This document shows, piece after piece, positions 15,708 to 25,085 of a DNA stretch of 32,000 nucleotides. The DNA comes from Trichlorobacter lovleyi SZ (GTDB lineage: Bacteria > Desulfobacterota > Desulfuromonadia > Geobacterales > Pseudopelobacteraceae). The first letter of the stretch is position 1. The number at the start of each line of letters is the position of its first letter. The stretch is taken from positions 1,590,001-1,622,000 of the forward strand of contig NC_010814.1 in assembly GCF_000020385.1 (NCBI RefSeq). Reading direction: 5' to 3'. A program made the position numbers and the translations under genes. The notes under the pieces are model-generated. The model was not told where the DNA came from, ran no database searches, and was given only the letters and a program-made list of their open reading frames with translations.

Positions 15708-17954
15708 ATGAGCAGCGTGTCCGCTATTGTCAGAAAATTCCAATTTATTTTCATAGCTATATTGGATAATCTCCTTAAACTGGTGCTGTCACGCAAGAAC
15801 CTTTCTGTAAAACTTCTCCCTGAACAAAATATTGTGTCTGACAACGAAAATGGCTGGTGGATTACAAATACTCCTGCGTATTTTGCACTTCAAATTGAGA
15901 ACGGACTCTATCCCCATGGCTGGTTCTATATTGAAGGCGTTCTGCACCGCTACAGCTTGACTAGGGCTAAGCTGTACTACAATGACGGCACCGGGTTCTC
16001 TACAGATAATTATTTTTTCATTCCTGTTACGCGTCGTGGATATATACGTGAAGTGATTTTTCTTCCTTTGGGTGTCATCGGATTGCGTTGGGCGCCGGTA
16101 GATTCATCCGGATTCTTTATCCAACAGAGCTTCTCTATTGCGCGCATTACTTACTTAGAGGCCTTACTGAGGGCTTTATATCGTGTTTTATACGACTTTA
16201 AACGTTTTTTCCGAGTCGCAGAACGTCGAGTAGAGGCTGTTAAAAAGTTGCTACGACCATTATTGCATTTTAAGTTGTGGCAGGCATATCGCAATACCAT
16301 TGATTTTAGAGTTTTTGACACTACGTCTCGCACATGTGATGAATTGTGGCATGCATACCAAGCCTCATTACAACAGCTACTCCCTCAACTGACTACTCAT
16401 GCTCTGTCTTTGAAAGATCATCCTTTGATTTCTGTTGTGGTCTCACTGCCGGAGTTATCCGAAGAAAAGCTTGGTAGTTTGATTTGTTCACTTCAACAGC
16501 AGATTTATCCGCATTGGGAGTTGATTGTCTACAATGATGGTAATGAATTTTGTGACCAGTGTCTTGATATGGGTGTGGATTGCTCTGATACACGTCTGAT
16601 TATTATAAATAGTGAATCAGGTGAAGCATGGAAGAGAGCACAAGGACGTTATATTGTTGTTCTCGGTTCAGATGTTCTCCTTGAACCGCAGGCGCTTTTC
16701 AGAGTAGCCCAGACTTTTACAACAACCAATGCAGGGGTGTTGTATGGCGATGTCGCCCAGGTTGATCCTGAAGGTGAGACGGTGGTTGGGTTTAACTGTC
16801 GTCCTGCCTTTTCACCTGAACTGCTACGCTGCTATCCGTATGTGGATGATCTGTTGGCGTTTGATTGTAGTTTTCCGGAAGGATATAAGCCCCCTGCAGA
16901 TAGTTCTGGACGCTTGATAATTCATGATATGTTGCTGCAGGCATATATAACAGGTGCAGAAGTTGCTCATGTTGCTGAGTTTCTTTGCAAAAAAAAGTAT
17001 CACTCTGAACCTGCTGAGCAGGTCTGTACAACGTATAATCTTAAATCTGATTTACGGGTTGCCATCATCATACCAACAAAAAATGCCGCTGAGTTGGTTA
17101 AGCAGTGCATTGAAAGTCTGGAGCGCACGATTTCGGCAGGTGCTATTCCTTATACGATCATTGTCGTGGATCATGCCTCAGATGACCCTGCTGCGTTGCA
17201 GTATTTCAATGAACTCTCTGAGTTGCATTGTGTATTGCGGTATGAAGGCGATTTTAACTTCTCAACTATCAATAACTGGGCCGTAGGTCAACTAACAGAA
17301 AATTACACCCATTACCTGTTTTGTAATAATGATATCGAAGCGTTTCACAACGGCTGGCTTGAAACTATGCTTGGATTTGGCCAGCAGGATGATGTGGGGG
17401 TTGTTGGTGCACAGCTACTTTATCCAGATAAATTGCATATTCAACATGCTGGTGTTTGTGTTGGTCTGCATGGCCTCGCGGAACATTACGGTAAATTTTT
17501 ATCTACTGATGAGAAATACCGTGAATTGTTACACGCTGATGCACAGATAGCTTTAACGAGCCCCCATGAGGTGTCTGCCGTCACCGCTGCTTGCATGCTT
17601 GTGCGTAGGGATGCATTTGAAAAAGTTGGTGGGTTTGACGAGCAAATGGCTGTTGGTTTTGGTGATGTAGATCTCTGTCTACGGATAGGCGAGGCAGGCT
17701 ACCGGATTATCTATTCGCCAGATAGTTCGTTTGTGCACCATGAATCGCTTACAAGGGGCAAGGATATGGGAGATCCGCATCCTGAAGATACTATTGTTTT
17801 TAAAAAACGCTGGAAATCCTTACTGGAAAATGGCGATCCGTTTTACCATCCCGCTTATTCGTGTTATTCATTTAATTGGCAGTACGTTGATCCGCTGCCA
17901 TGTCGTTTTAGCCCTTCAATTCGGATGGTCTGTAGTATGCGAGGTGTGAGTTGA
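15708..17954 (+). CDS. Large glycosyltransferase: N-terminal beta-rich module plus two GT2-like domains (the first with degenerate motifs); paralog of the 9204 gene
   Basis: The second domain is canonical (LRVAIIIPTKNAAELVKQCIESL...IIVVDHASDD...FCNNDIEA...VSAVTAACML). The first domain is divergent (PLISVVVSLPELSEEKL...ELIVYNDGNE...VLGSDVLL). The C-terminal halves align with the 9204 protein (HAGVCVGLHG / HAGVVLGCRG; DPFYHPAYS / DPYYNRNLS). Confidence 0.8.
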   Translation: MSSVSAIVRKFQFIFIAILDNLLKLVLSRKNLSVKLLPEQNIVSDNENGWWITNTPAYFALQIENGLYPHGWFYIEGVLHRYSLTRAKLYYNDGTGFSTDNYFFIPVTRRGYIREVIFLPLGVIGLRWAPVDSSGFFIQQSFSIARITYLEALLRALYRVLYDFKRFFRVAERRVEAVKKLLRPLLHFKLWQAYRNTIDFRVFDTTSRTCDELWHAYQASLQQLLPQLTTHALSLKDHPLISVVVSLPELSEEKLGSLICSLQQQIYPHWELIVYNDGNEFCDQCLDMGVDCSDTRLIIINSESGEAWKRAQGRYIVVLGSDVLLEPQALFRVAQTFTTTNAGVLYGDVAQVDPEGETVVGFNCRPAFSPELLRCYPYVDDLLAFDCSFPEGYKPPADSSGRLIIHDMLLQAYITGAEVAHVAEFLCKKKYHSEPAEQVCTTYNLKSDLRVAIIIPTKNAAELVKQCIESLERTISAGAIPYTIIVVDHASDDPAALQYFNELSELHCVLRYEGDFNFSTINNWAVGQLTENYTHYLFCNNDIEAFHNGWLETMLGFGQQDDVGVVGAQLLYPDKLHIQHAGVCVGLHGLAEHYGKFLSTDEKYRELLHADAQIALTSPHEVSAVTAACMLVRRDAFEKVGGFDEQMAVGFGDVDLCLRIGEAGYRIIYSPDSSFVHHESLTRGKDMGDPHPEDTIVFKKRWKSLLENGDPFYHPAYSCYSFNWQYVDPLPCRFSPSIRMVCSMRGVS

Positions 17955-19729
17955 TGAGTATCTCCGCACTGTTTACCATAGCCGTTGTTCTGCTCATGTT
18001 GATTGCCCTGGTGCTGGAACTGATTGAAGCGGATGTGATTGTATTTGGTGCCCTTGCAGTTTTATTTATCAGCGGCATCATTACCCCCAAGGAGGCCTTG
18101 GCCGGTTTTTCCAATCAGGGAATGTTGACTGTTGCCATCTTGTTTATTGTCGCATACGCTGCTCAATCAGCCGGATTTATGCAGTTTTTTGCAGATCGTG
18201 TGATGGGCAACGGCAAAGGTGGTGAGGCCCGCTCTTTGTTGAGGATGATGGTTCCTGTTGCCGGTCTTTCGGCTTTTTTGAATAATACCCCCATCGTGGC
18301 CATGTTTACCCCCTACCTGCGGGACTGGTGTCGTCGCAACTACTTTGCTCCTTCAAAGTTTTTAATTCCCTTGTCGTACGCCACTATTTTTGGTGGCGTC
18401 TTTACTTTGATCGGTACCTCGACGAACCTGGTTGTGAGCGGTCTTTACAGCCAGAAGTACGGGGGGCATCTGGGGATGTTTGAGCTTGGTCTGGTTGGTA
18501 TTCCCTGTGGAATTGCAGGAATGTTGTATCTGTACTTTGCCGGGCGGCATCTCTTGCCTGATAATCGTGTTGAAGGCGTTAGCGCGGATGAAGGACGTGA
18601 ATATCTACTTGAAGTCGAGATCGCGGATGCTGCCAGCTTGATTGGCAAGACCGTTGAAGCCGCCGGATTGCGCAATCTTGAACAGTTGTATATGGTTGAG
18701 ATCGTTCGCAATAACAAACGGATTGCGCCGGTTAAGCCACAGGAATATCTGCAAACGGGTGATCGCCTTATTTTTACCGGTAAGGTGGAAGGGGTAGCTC
18801 AATTGCAGAAAATTGGTGGGTTGCGGCCAGTACATGGACATAACCTGCATCAGGAGCTGTTACAGAATGGTGAGGCCAGACTGGTTGAGGTGGTTGTGTC
18901 TCCTTCTTGTCCCATGCTGGGCAAAACTATCAAAGAAGGGAACTTTCGGGCACGCTACGATGCTGCAGTGCTGGCGGTACATCGACATGGTGAGCGTTTA
19001 AGGGGCAAGTTGGGAGAACTGGTGCTGAGGCCGGGTGATACTCTGCTGCTACTTACTGGCGATGACTTTATCAAACGTTGGAATTTCTCCCGAGAATTCT
19101 ACTTGGTATCCAAAATTAGCAACCTCCCTCGGGTTAACCGTAAAAAATCAATCATTACTTTTTGTGCCTTAGTTGCAATGGTAGCACTTTCCGCAGCGGG
19201 TTTGATGGATATCTTAGAGGCTGCCGTACTTGCAACACTTGTATTGTTGTTTACACGGTGCATTACAACAGTTGAGGCTCGGCGATCAATTGAACTGAAC
19301 GTGTTGATTGTGATTGCTTCTTCCTTTGGTATCAGTAAAGCACTGGAGAAAACCGGGGCTGCTGCCTGGCTGGCGGATCAAATTATTGGCTCTGTGGAAC
19401 AATGGGGAGCGGTCGGGGTTTTAGCTGCCATTTGCCTGATAACAACCATATTAACAGAGGTGATTACCAATAATGCTGCTGCTGCGGTTATCTTCCCGAT
19501 TGCCATGGCATCGGCTCATCAGTTACAGGTTGATCCAAAACCGTTTGTGATCGCTATTGCCATTTCGGCTTCGGCCAGTTTTGCCACCCCAATCGGTTAC
19601 CAGACCAATATGATGGTATATGGTCCTGGTGGCTATCGTGCAAAAGATTTTTTAAAGGTCGGCGTTCCACTTAATATTATATATATGGTTGTGTCGATTC
19701 TTGTTATCCCGCTTTTCTGGAAGTTTTAG
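17954..19729 (+). CDS. SLC13/DASS-family anion permease with two central TrkA-C domains (putative sulfate importer)
   Basis: About 10-12 hydrophobic helices flank two TrkA-C-like units ([22 protein letters not shown]...GDRLIFTG and [22 protein letters not shown]...GDTLLLLTG). Its ATG overlaps the upstream TGA (TGATG). It sits directly upstream of cysD. Confidence 0.8.
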   Translation: MSISALFTIAVVLLMLIALVLELIEADVIVFGALAVLFISGIITPKEALAGFSNQGMLTVAILFIVAYAAQSAGFMQFFADRVMGNGKGGEARSLLRMMVPVAGLSAFLNNTPIVAMFTPYLRDWCRRNYFAPSKFLIPLSYATIFGGVFTLIGTSTNLVVSGLYSQKYGGHLGMFELGLVGIPCGIAGMLYLYFAGRHLLPDNRVEGVSADEGREYLLEVEIADAASLIGKTVEAAGLRNLEQLYMVEIVRNNKRIAPVKPQEYLQTGDRLIFTGKVEGVAQLQKIGGLRPVHGHNLHQELLQNGEARLVEVVVSPSCPMLGKTIKEGNFRARYDAAVLAVHRHGERLRGKLGELVLRPGDTLLLLTGDDFIKRWNFSREFYLVSKISNLPRVNRKKSIITFCALVAMVALSAAGLMDILEAAVLATLVLLFTRCITTVEARRSIELNVLIVIASSFGISKALEKTGAAAWLADQIIGSVEQWGAVGVLAAICLITTILTEVITNNAAAAVIFPIAMASAHQLQVDPKPFVIAIAISASASFATPIGYQTNMMVYGPGGYRAKDFLKVGVPLNIIYMVVSILVIPLFWKF

Positions 19730-19757
19730 TTGCTGTTATTTCGGAGCCATAACTGAC

Positions 19758-20663
19758 ATGTACCTTAATATGACCCATCTGCGCCAGCTTGAGTCCGAAA
19801 GCATTCATATTATTCGCGAAGTTGTCTCAGAATGTGAAAATCCGGTCATGCTCTATTCGATTGGCAAAGATTCTTCGGTTATGTTGCATCTGGCGTTGAA
19901 GGCCTTTTACCCTGCAAAACCATCATTTCCTTTAATGCATATTGATACCACCTGGAAGTTTCGAGAGATGATTAGCTTCAGGGACCAAATGGCGTCAGAG
20001 TATGGCTTTGATCTGCTGGTACATATCAATCAGGATGGCGTTGATCAAGGGATCAGTCCGTTTAAGCATGGTTCAGCGCTCTATACGGATATTATGAAAA
20101 CGGAGGGACTCAAGCAGGCGTTGAGCAAATACAAGTTTGATGCAGCCTTTGGTGGAGCACGCAGGGATGAAGAAAAATCAAGGGCTAAAGAACGGATTTT
20201 TTCTTTTCGTAGCGCGAACCATGGTTGGGACCCCAAGAACCAGCGTCCAGAATTATGGAACCTATACAACACCCGCGTCAATCCAGGAGAGAATATTCGA
20301 GTTTTTCCACTCTCAAATTGGACTGAACTTGATGTCTGGCAGTACATCTATCTTGAGCAGATCCCAATTGTACCGCTTTATTTTGCCAAACAGCGTCCGG
20401 TAGTGAAGCGAAATGGCATGCTAATACTGCTTGATGATGAGCGACTGAAGCTGCAGCCTGGTGAACAGGTGCAGATGAAGCCGGTTCGGTTCCGTACGCT
20501 AGGCTGTTATCCTTTGACGGGAGCAATAGAGTCTACTGCAGCGACTTTGCCTGAGATCATTCAGGAAATGCTGCTGACCAGAACTTCTGAGAGACAAGGG
20601 CGTCTGATTGACCACGATCAGGCCGGATCTATGGAAAAGAAAAAGCAAGAGGGCTATTTCTGA
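19758..20663 (+). CDS. cysD: Sulfate adenylyltransferase subunit 2
   Basis: [18 protein letters not shown], the PP-loop-like [14 protein letters not shown], and a C-terminal [12 protein letters not shown] all closely match CysD as I remember it. The start is set at the ATG at 19758 (19770 is also possible) instead of 19689, which overlaps the permease. Confidence 0.9.
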   Translation: MYLNMTHLRQLESESIHIIREVVSECENPVMLYSIGKDSSVMLHLALKAFYPAKPSFPLMHIDTTWKFREMISFRDQMASEYGFDLLVHINQDGVDQGISPFKHGSALYTDIMKTEGLKQALSKYKFDAAFGGARRDEEKSRAKERIFSFRSANHGWDPKNQRPELWNLYNTRVNPGENIRVFPLSNWTELDVWQYIYLEQIPIVPLYFAKQRPVVKRNGMLILLDDERLKLQPGEQVQMKPVRFRTLGCYPLTGAIESTAATLPEIIQEMLLTRTSERQGRLIDHDQAGSMEKKKQEGYF

Positions 20664-22606
20664 TGTCCCATCGACCCAATCCCATAGCCTCTGATATCAA
20701 TGCTCACCTGAAAAGCCAGGAAGAGAAGGGAATGCTGCGCTTTGTCACTTGTGGCAGTGTTGACGATGGGAAAAGTACCTTGATAGGGCGCTTGCTATGG
20801 GACTCTAAGCTGATCTTTGAAGATCAGCTTACTGCCTTGGAAGCAGATAGTAAACGGGTCGGGACGCAAGGGGGAGAGATTGATTATGCCCTTCTGCTGG
20901 ATGGTCTGCAGGCAGAGCGTGAGCAGGGTATCACTATCGATGTTGCTTATCGCTTTTTCTCAACGGACAAGCGCAAGTTTATAGTTGCGGATACGCCGGG
21001 TCATGAACAGTACACTCGTAACATGGTTACTGGTGCTTCTACTGCGGATGTTGCCGTGATTCTGGTTGATGCCCGGAAGGGGGTGTTGACACAAACCAGG
21101 CGGCACAGCTATCTGGTCTCTTTAATGGGAATCCGTCAGGTGGTTCTGGCTGTTAACAAGATGGATCTGGTGAATTTTTCTGAATCCTGTTTTCAGGCTA
21201 TTCGTGAGGAATACGAGTCTTTTGCTGCCGGTTTGGGGTTTACCTATATCACGTCTATCCCAATTTCAGCTCTTCAGGGCGATAATGTCATCGGTGCAGC
21301 GACTCCGTCTAAAACCCTTCCAGCCTCCAGTTTGCATCCTTCATCCTCCGGCTCAAACATGCCGTGGTATGATGGTCCAACTTTAATGGAGTATCTGGAA
21401 ACTGTTGATGCTGTGCATGACACTTTGAACCAGCCGTTCAGGATGCCGGTGCAGTGGGTTAATCGCCCAAATCTTGATTTCCGCGGGTTCTGCGGGACGC
21501 TCGCCTCAGGTCGGGTGCGGCTTGGTGATGAGATTGTCGTGGCTGCTTCAGGTAAGACCAGCCGGGTGGCACGGATTGTAACCATGGACGGCAACCTTGA
21601 TCAGGCAGATGCTGGACAGGCGGTTACACTTATGCTTGAAGACGAAATTGATATCAGCCGTGGTGATCTTTTGGCAGATCCATCGGCTCGTCCTGCATTT
21701 GCTGATCAATTAGAGGCTTGTATTGTCTGGATGTGTGAAAACGCATTGATGGCTGGTCGCAAATATCTTCTGAAAAGTGGCTGCAGTACTGTTCCTGCAG
21801 CAGTAAGTGCTCTTAAATACAAGATTAATGTTAATTCATTGCAGCATGAACCGGCAAAAAGACTGGAGTTGAATGAAATAGGGGTCTGTAATCTGGTGCT
21901 GGACAGACCGATCACCTTTGATCCCTATTGTGAGAATCACACTACCGGTAGTTTTATCCTGATCGACCGTATCAGTAATGCAACCGTTGGTGCCGGTATG
22001 ATTAATTTTGCCTTGCGTCGGGCAACAAACGTACATTGGCATACAGAACAGGTTACACGCGATATCCGGGCCGGTTTGATGGGGCAGTCTCCCCGTGTTA
22101 TCTGGCTGACCGGGCTTTCCGGTTCCGGTAAGTCTACCATTGCCAATGCTCTTGAACAGAGGCTTGTACAGCTTGGAAGGCATACCATGCTGTTGGATGG
22201 AGATAATATCCGCCACGGTTTAAATAAGGATCTTGGTTTTACCGAGGCGGACAGGATTGAGAACATCAGGCGTATCGGTGAGGTGGCCAAGTTAATGACC
22301 GAGGCTGGTCTTGTTGTTATTACCGCCTTTATTTCGCCGTACCGTGCCGAGCGTGAGATGGTGCGTAATCTGCTTCCAGAAGATGAGTTTATCGAGGTGC
22401 ATGTCAGCACTTCTCTGGAAGAGTGTGAGCGGCGTGATGTCAAGGGGCTGTATAAGAAAGCACGTATGGGGAGTATTCCTAACTTTACCGGAATCAGTGC
22501 TCCCTATGAGGAGCCGGTGTCGCCAAGTCTTGTGATTGATACTGAGCTGGTTGCTGTTGAAGAGGCTGTGGACAGGATTCTTGAATCCATTGGTTTCAAC
22601 CGCTAA
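20663..22606 (+). CDS. cysNC: Bifunctional sulfate adenylyltransferase subunit 1 (GTPase) / adenylylsulfate (APS) kinase
   Basis: GTPase motifs [17 protein letters not shown] and NKMD. The C-terminal APS kinase has P-loop GLSGSGKST and [16 protein letters not shown]. The start overlaps the cysD stop (TGATG). Confidence 0.9.
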   Translation: MSHRPNPIASDINAHLKSQEEKGMLRFVTCGSVDDGKSTLIGRLLWDSKLIFEDQLTALEADSKRVGTQGGEIDYALLLDGLQAEREQGITIDVAYRFFSTDKRKFIVADTPGHEQYTRNMVTGASTADVAVILVDARKGVLTQTRRHSYLVSLMGIRQVVLAVNKMDLVNFSESCFQAIREEYESFAAGLGFTYITSIPISALQGDNVIGAATPSKTLPASSLHPSSSGSNMPWYDGPTLMEYLETVDAVHDTLNQPFRMPVQWVNRPNLDFRGFCGTLASGRVRLGDEIVVAASGKTSRVARIVTMDGNLDQADAGQAVTLMLEDEIDISRGDLLADPSARPAFADQLEACIVWMCENALMAGRKYLLKSGCSTVPAAVSALKYKINVNSLQHEPAKRLELNEIGVCNLVLDRPITFDPYCENHTTGSFILIDRISNATVGAGMINFALRRATNVHWHTEQVTRDIRAGLMGQSPRVIWLTGLSGSGKSTIANALEQRLVQLGRHTMLLDGDNIRHGLNKDLGFTEADRIENIRRIGEVAKLMTEAGLVVITAFISPYRAEREMVRNLLPEDEFIEVHVSTSLEECERRDVKGLYKKARMGSIPNFTGISAPYEEPVSPSLVIDTELVAVEEAVDRILESIGFNR

Positions 22607-22669
22607 ATGTGGTAGACAGGGACGAAGGCTGAAGGAATTATGATTGAGATTGGGAGAGTTAAACGCACT

Positions 22670-23833
22670 ATGAACCTGATACCCGCAAGATTACTCGCTA
22701 TATTTACGTTAAGCCTGTTGCTTTCCGGCTGTGTAGGCTGGCTGCCATCGTCCGGTCCAAGTGTCAGTGAGGTAAAGGATGCTGCAGGAAGTCAGCGATT
22801 GTCCGGTATTCAGCTGGTTGACCTGAATGATTCGGTGGCGCGCCGTTTGTTGGCACAACGTAAACAGGAACTGTTTTCCGAAAAAATCGGCGTTGGCAAA
22901 CCGGTAAATTGGCTGATTGGTGTCGGTGATGTGGTTGAGGTCTCGGTTTGGGAGGCCCCCCCCGGAACTCTTTTTTCTCCTTCAATGAGTGATTTAAAGT
23001 CAGCCCCGGCTTCTTCACGGGTGACTCCGTTTCCGGAGCAGATGGTTGATAGTGACGGGCTGATAACCATACCGTTTGCCGGCAAGATCATGGTTGCTGG
23101 GCGCTCGCCCCAGCAGGTTGAAGCCGATATTGTCGAGCGCCTGAAGGGGCTGGCAAACCAGCCGCAGGTACTGGTGCGTGTGCTGCGAAACAACTACGCA
23201 ACGGTGACGGTAGTAGGAGAGGTGGCAAACAGTTCTAGAATCCCGCTGACTCCAAGGGGAGAACGGCTGCTGGATGCCCTTGCTTCCGCAGGTGGCGTAC
23301 GACAGCCGGTAAACAAGATGACGGTACAGGTGACCCGTGGTGATCTGGTGCAGTCCATGCCCCTTGAAACGGTAATCAGGGATCCCCGCCAGAACATTAC
23401 ACTGCAGCCCGGAGATGTCCTGACGGCTTTGTATCAGCCCTCCAGCTTTACCATTCTTGGGGCTACCGGAAAAAACGAAGAGGTTAATTTTGAGGCGCAG
23501 GGTATATCACTTGCCCAGGCTCTGGCCCGTGGGGGCGGGCTGCAGGACTCCCGTGCCAACGCGCAGGGGGTGTTTGTCTTCCGGCTTGAGTCTGCAGATG
23601 CGCTGGATTGGCCCGCTAAACCAGTTCGCACTACGCCGGATGGTAAGGTGCCGGTCATTTACCGGGCTGATCTGAATGATCCGGCCAGCTTTTTCATAGC
23701 ACAGTCATTTCCGGTGCATAACAAGGATGTACTGTATGTGGCCAATGCTCCATCGGTGGAGCTGCAAAAATTTCTTAATATCATCATGACGTTGGCCTAT
23801 CCGGTAATTAATGTGATTCCGCTGACTCGCTAG
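22670..23833 (+). CDS. Outer-membrane polysaccharide export (OPX) lipoprotein, Wza/CtrA/KpsD family
   Basis: Lipobox LLLSGC. Poly_export-like GVGDVVEVSVWEAP. SLBB-like TVTVVGEVANSSRIPLTPRGERLLDALASAGG and ITLQPGDVL. There is a C-terminal amphipathic/hydrophobic helix. The start is set at the ATG at 22670 (MNLIPARLL), just ahead of the signal sequence. Confidence 0.8.
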   Translation: MNLIPARLLAIFTLSLLLSGCVGWLPSSGPSVSEVKDAAGSQRLSGIQLVDLNDSVARRLLAQRKQELFSEKIGVGKPVNWLIGVGDVVEVSVWEAPPGTLFSPSMSDLKSAPASSRVTPFPEQMVDSDGLITIPFAGKIMVAGRSPQQVEADIVERLKGLANQPQVLVRVLRNNYATVTVVGEVANSSRIPLTPRGERLLDALASAGGVRQPVNKMTVQVTRGDLVQSMPLETVIRDPRQNITLQPGDVLTALYQPSSFTILGATGKNEEVNFEAQGISLAQALARGGGLQDSRANAQGVFVFRLESADALDWPAKPVRTTPDGKVPVIYRADLNDPASFFIAQSFPVHNKDVLYVANAPSVELQKFLNIIMTLAYPVINVIPLTR

Positions 23834-23834
23834 C

Positions 23835-25001
23835 ATGAAGAATGCTCTCCCCTTTCTGATCGATGTATCCCGCCTGGTAGGCAGGCTGATGAAAGGGCGG
23901 CTACCCACTGGAGTTGACCGGGTGGCTCTTGCATATGTCAGGCAGTATGGTGATCGGTCACGGGCCTTTGTTCGTGAGGGACGTTTTCATATTGTTTTAA
24001 ACGAAAAACTTTCGTATTCCCTGTTTCATTTGCTGCTTGCTCCGCCGGATGATTTCAAGGCTCAGGCCTGGCGGCTGATTGCCCAGGGGGCTGCCGCCGG
24101 TATCCGCCAACGTGATCTGAGCGGTTCTGTTTTTCTGAACATCGGGCACAGTGGTCTTGAATATCACCGCTATCCAGACCTGCTGAAAAAAATGAAGGTT
24201 AAGCCTGTTTTCCTGGTGCATGACCTGATTCCGATCACCCATCCTGAATACTGCCGTACCGGTGAAGGGGAACGCCATCGGGTCAGGATGAAGACCGTGC
24301 TGGAACTGGCTCAAGGGGTGATAACCAACTCTCGGGCCACCCTGGATGAACTGGCCCGTTTTGCCGATGTTCTGGGAATGCAACTGCCACCTGCACAGCC
24401 AGCCTTTCTGGCGCCTCCTGCCTTTACCAACTTTGGTTTGCCACGTCCGGTTGCACGTCCGTACTTTGTTGTGCTTGGTACCATTGAGCCACGTAAAAAT
24501 CATCTACTGGTGCTGCAGGTTTGGAAACGTCTGGTAGAGCAGTGGGGAGATCAAGCACCGCTGTTGGTGCTGATTGGCCAACGGGGCTGGGAGTGCGAGA
24601 ATGTAGTTGATCTGCTTGAACGTTGCGAGGCACTTAAAAGCCATATTATTGAACGTGCCTCCTGTTCGGACGCTGAGCTTGTCACCTGGCTCCAGCATGC
24701 CCAGGCTCTGCTGTTTCCCTCCTTTACAGAGGGGTTTGGCCTGCCGCTGGTAGAGGCCTTGGCATGCGGTACACCAGTTATAGCCAGTAACCTGCAGGTT
24801 TTTGCCGAGATTGCCGGTGATCTGCCGGACTACTGTGATCCGCTGGACGCCCTGGGCTGGCTGGAGTTGGTTGCTGACTACAGCAGCCCAGGCAGTCAGA
24901 AACGGACGGCGCAACTACAACGAATCACTAACTACAAACCTCCCACCTGGCAGGAGCATTTCAATAAAGTGGAACTACTATTAAGACAGATTGTGAGCTG
25001 A
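23835..25001 (+). CDS. Glycosyltransferase family 4 (GT-B)
   Basis: N-terminus IDVSRLVGRLMKGRLPTGVDRVALAY and the EX7E region FPSFTEGFGLPLVEALACGTPVIASN. Confidence 0.8.
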   Translation: MKNALPFLIDVSRLVGRLMKGRLPTGVDRVALAYVRQYGDRSRAFVREGRFHIVLNEKLSYSLFHLLLAPPDDFKAQAWRLIAQGAAAGIRQRDLSGSVFLNIGHSGLEYHRYPDLLKKMKVKPVFLVHDLIPITHPEYCRTGEGERHRVRMKTVLELAQGVITNSRATLDELARFADVLGMQLPPAQPAFLAPPAFTNFGLPRPVARPYFVVLGTIEPRKNHLLVLQVWKRLVEQWGDQAPLLVLIGQRGWECENVVDLLERCEALKSHIIERASCSDAELVTWLQHAQALLFPSFTEGFGLPLVEALACGTPVIASNLQVFAEIAGDLPDYCDPLDALGWLELVADYSSPGSQKRTAQLQRITNYKPPTWQEHFNKVELLLRQIVS

Positions 25002-25085
25002 GACGGCAGAAACTATCTGAAGGTGTTTGCGGTGTGCCCGGTTGCGTATTGGGGAAAGCTGTGTATAAAGCTAACAGGATCGTTC

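Noticed and set aside
21293-21355. Ser/Pro-rich insertion ([23 protein letters not shown]) in CysNC between the GDNV and MPWY motifs. It is about 17 aa longer than I remember for E. coli CysN.
   Set aside because: It is a low-complexity surface-loop insertion in a variable region of the GTPase domain. The comparison relies on memory of one homologue, and nothing suggests a new function.
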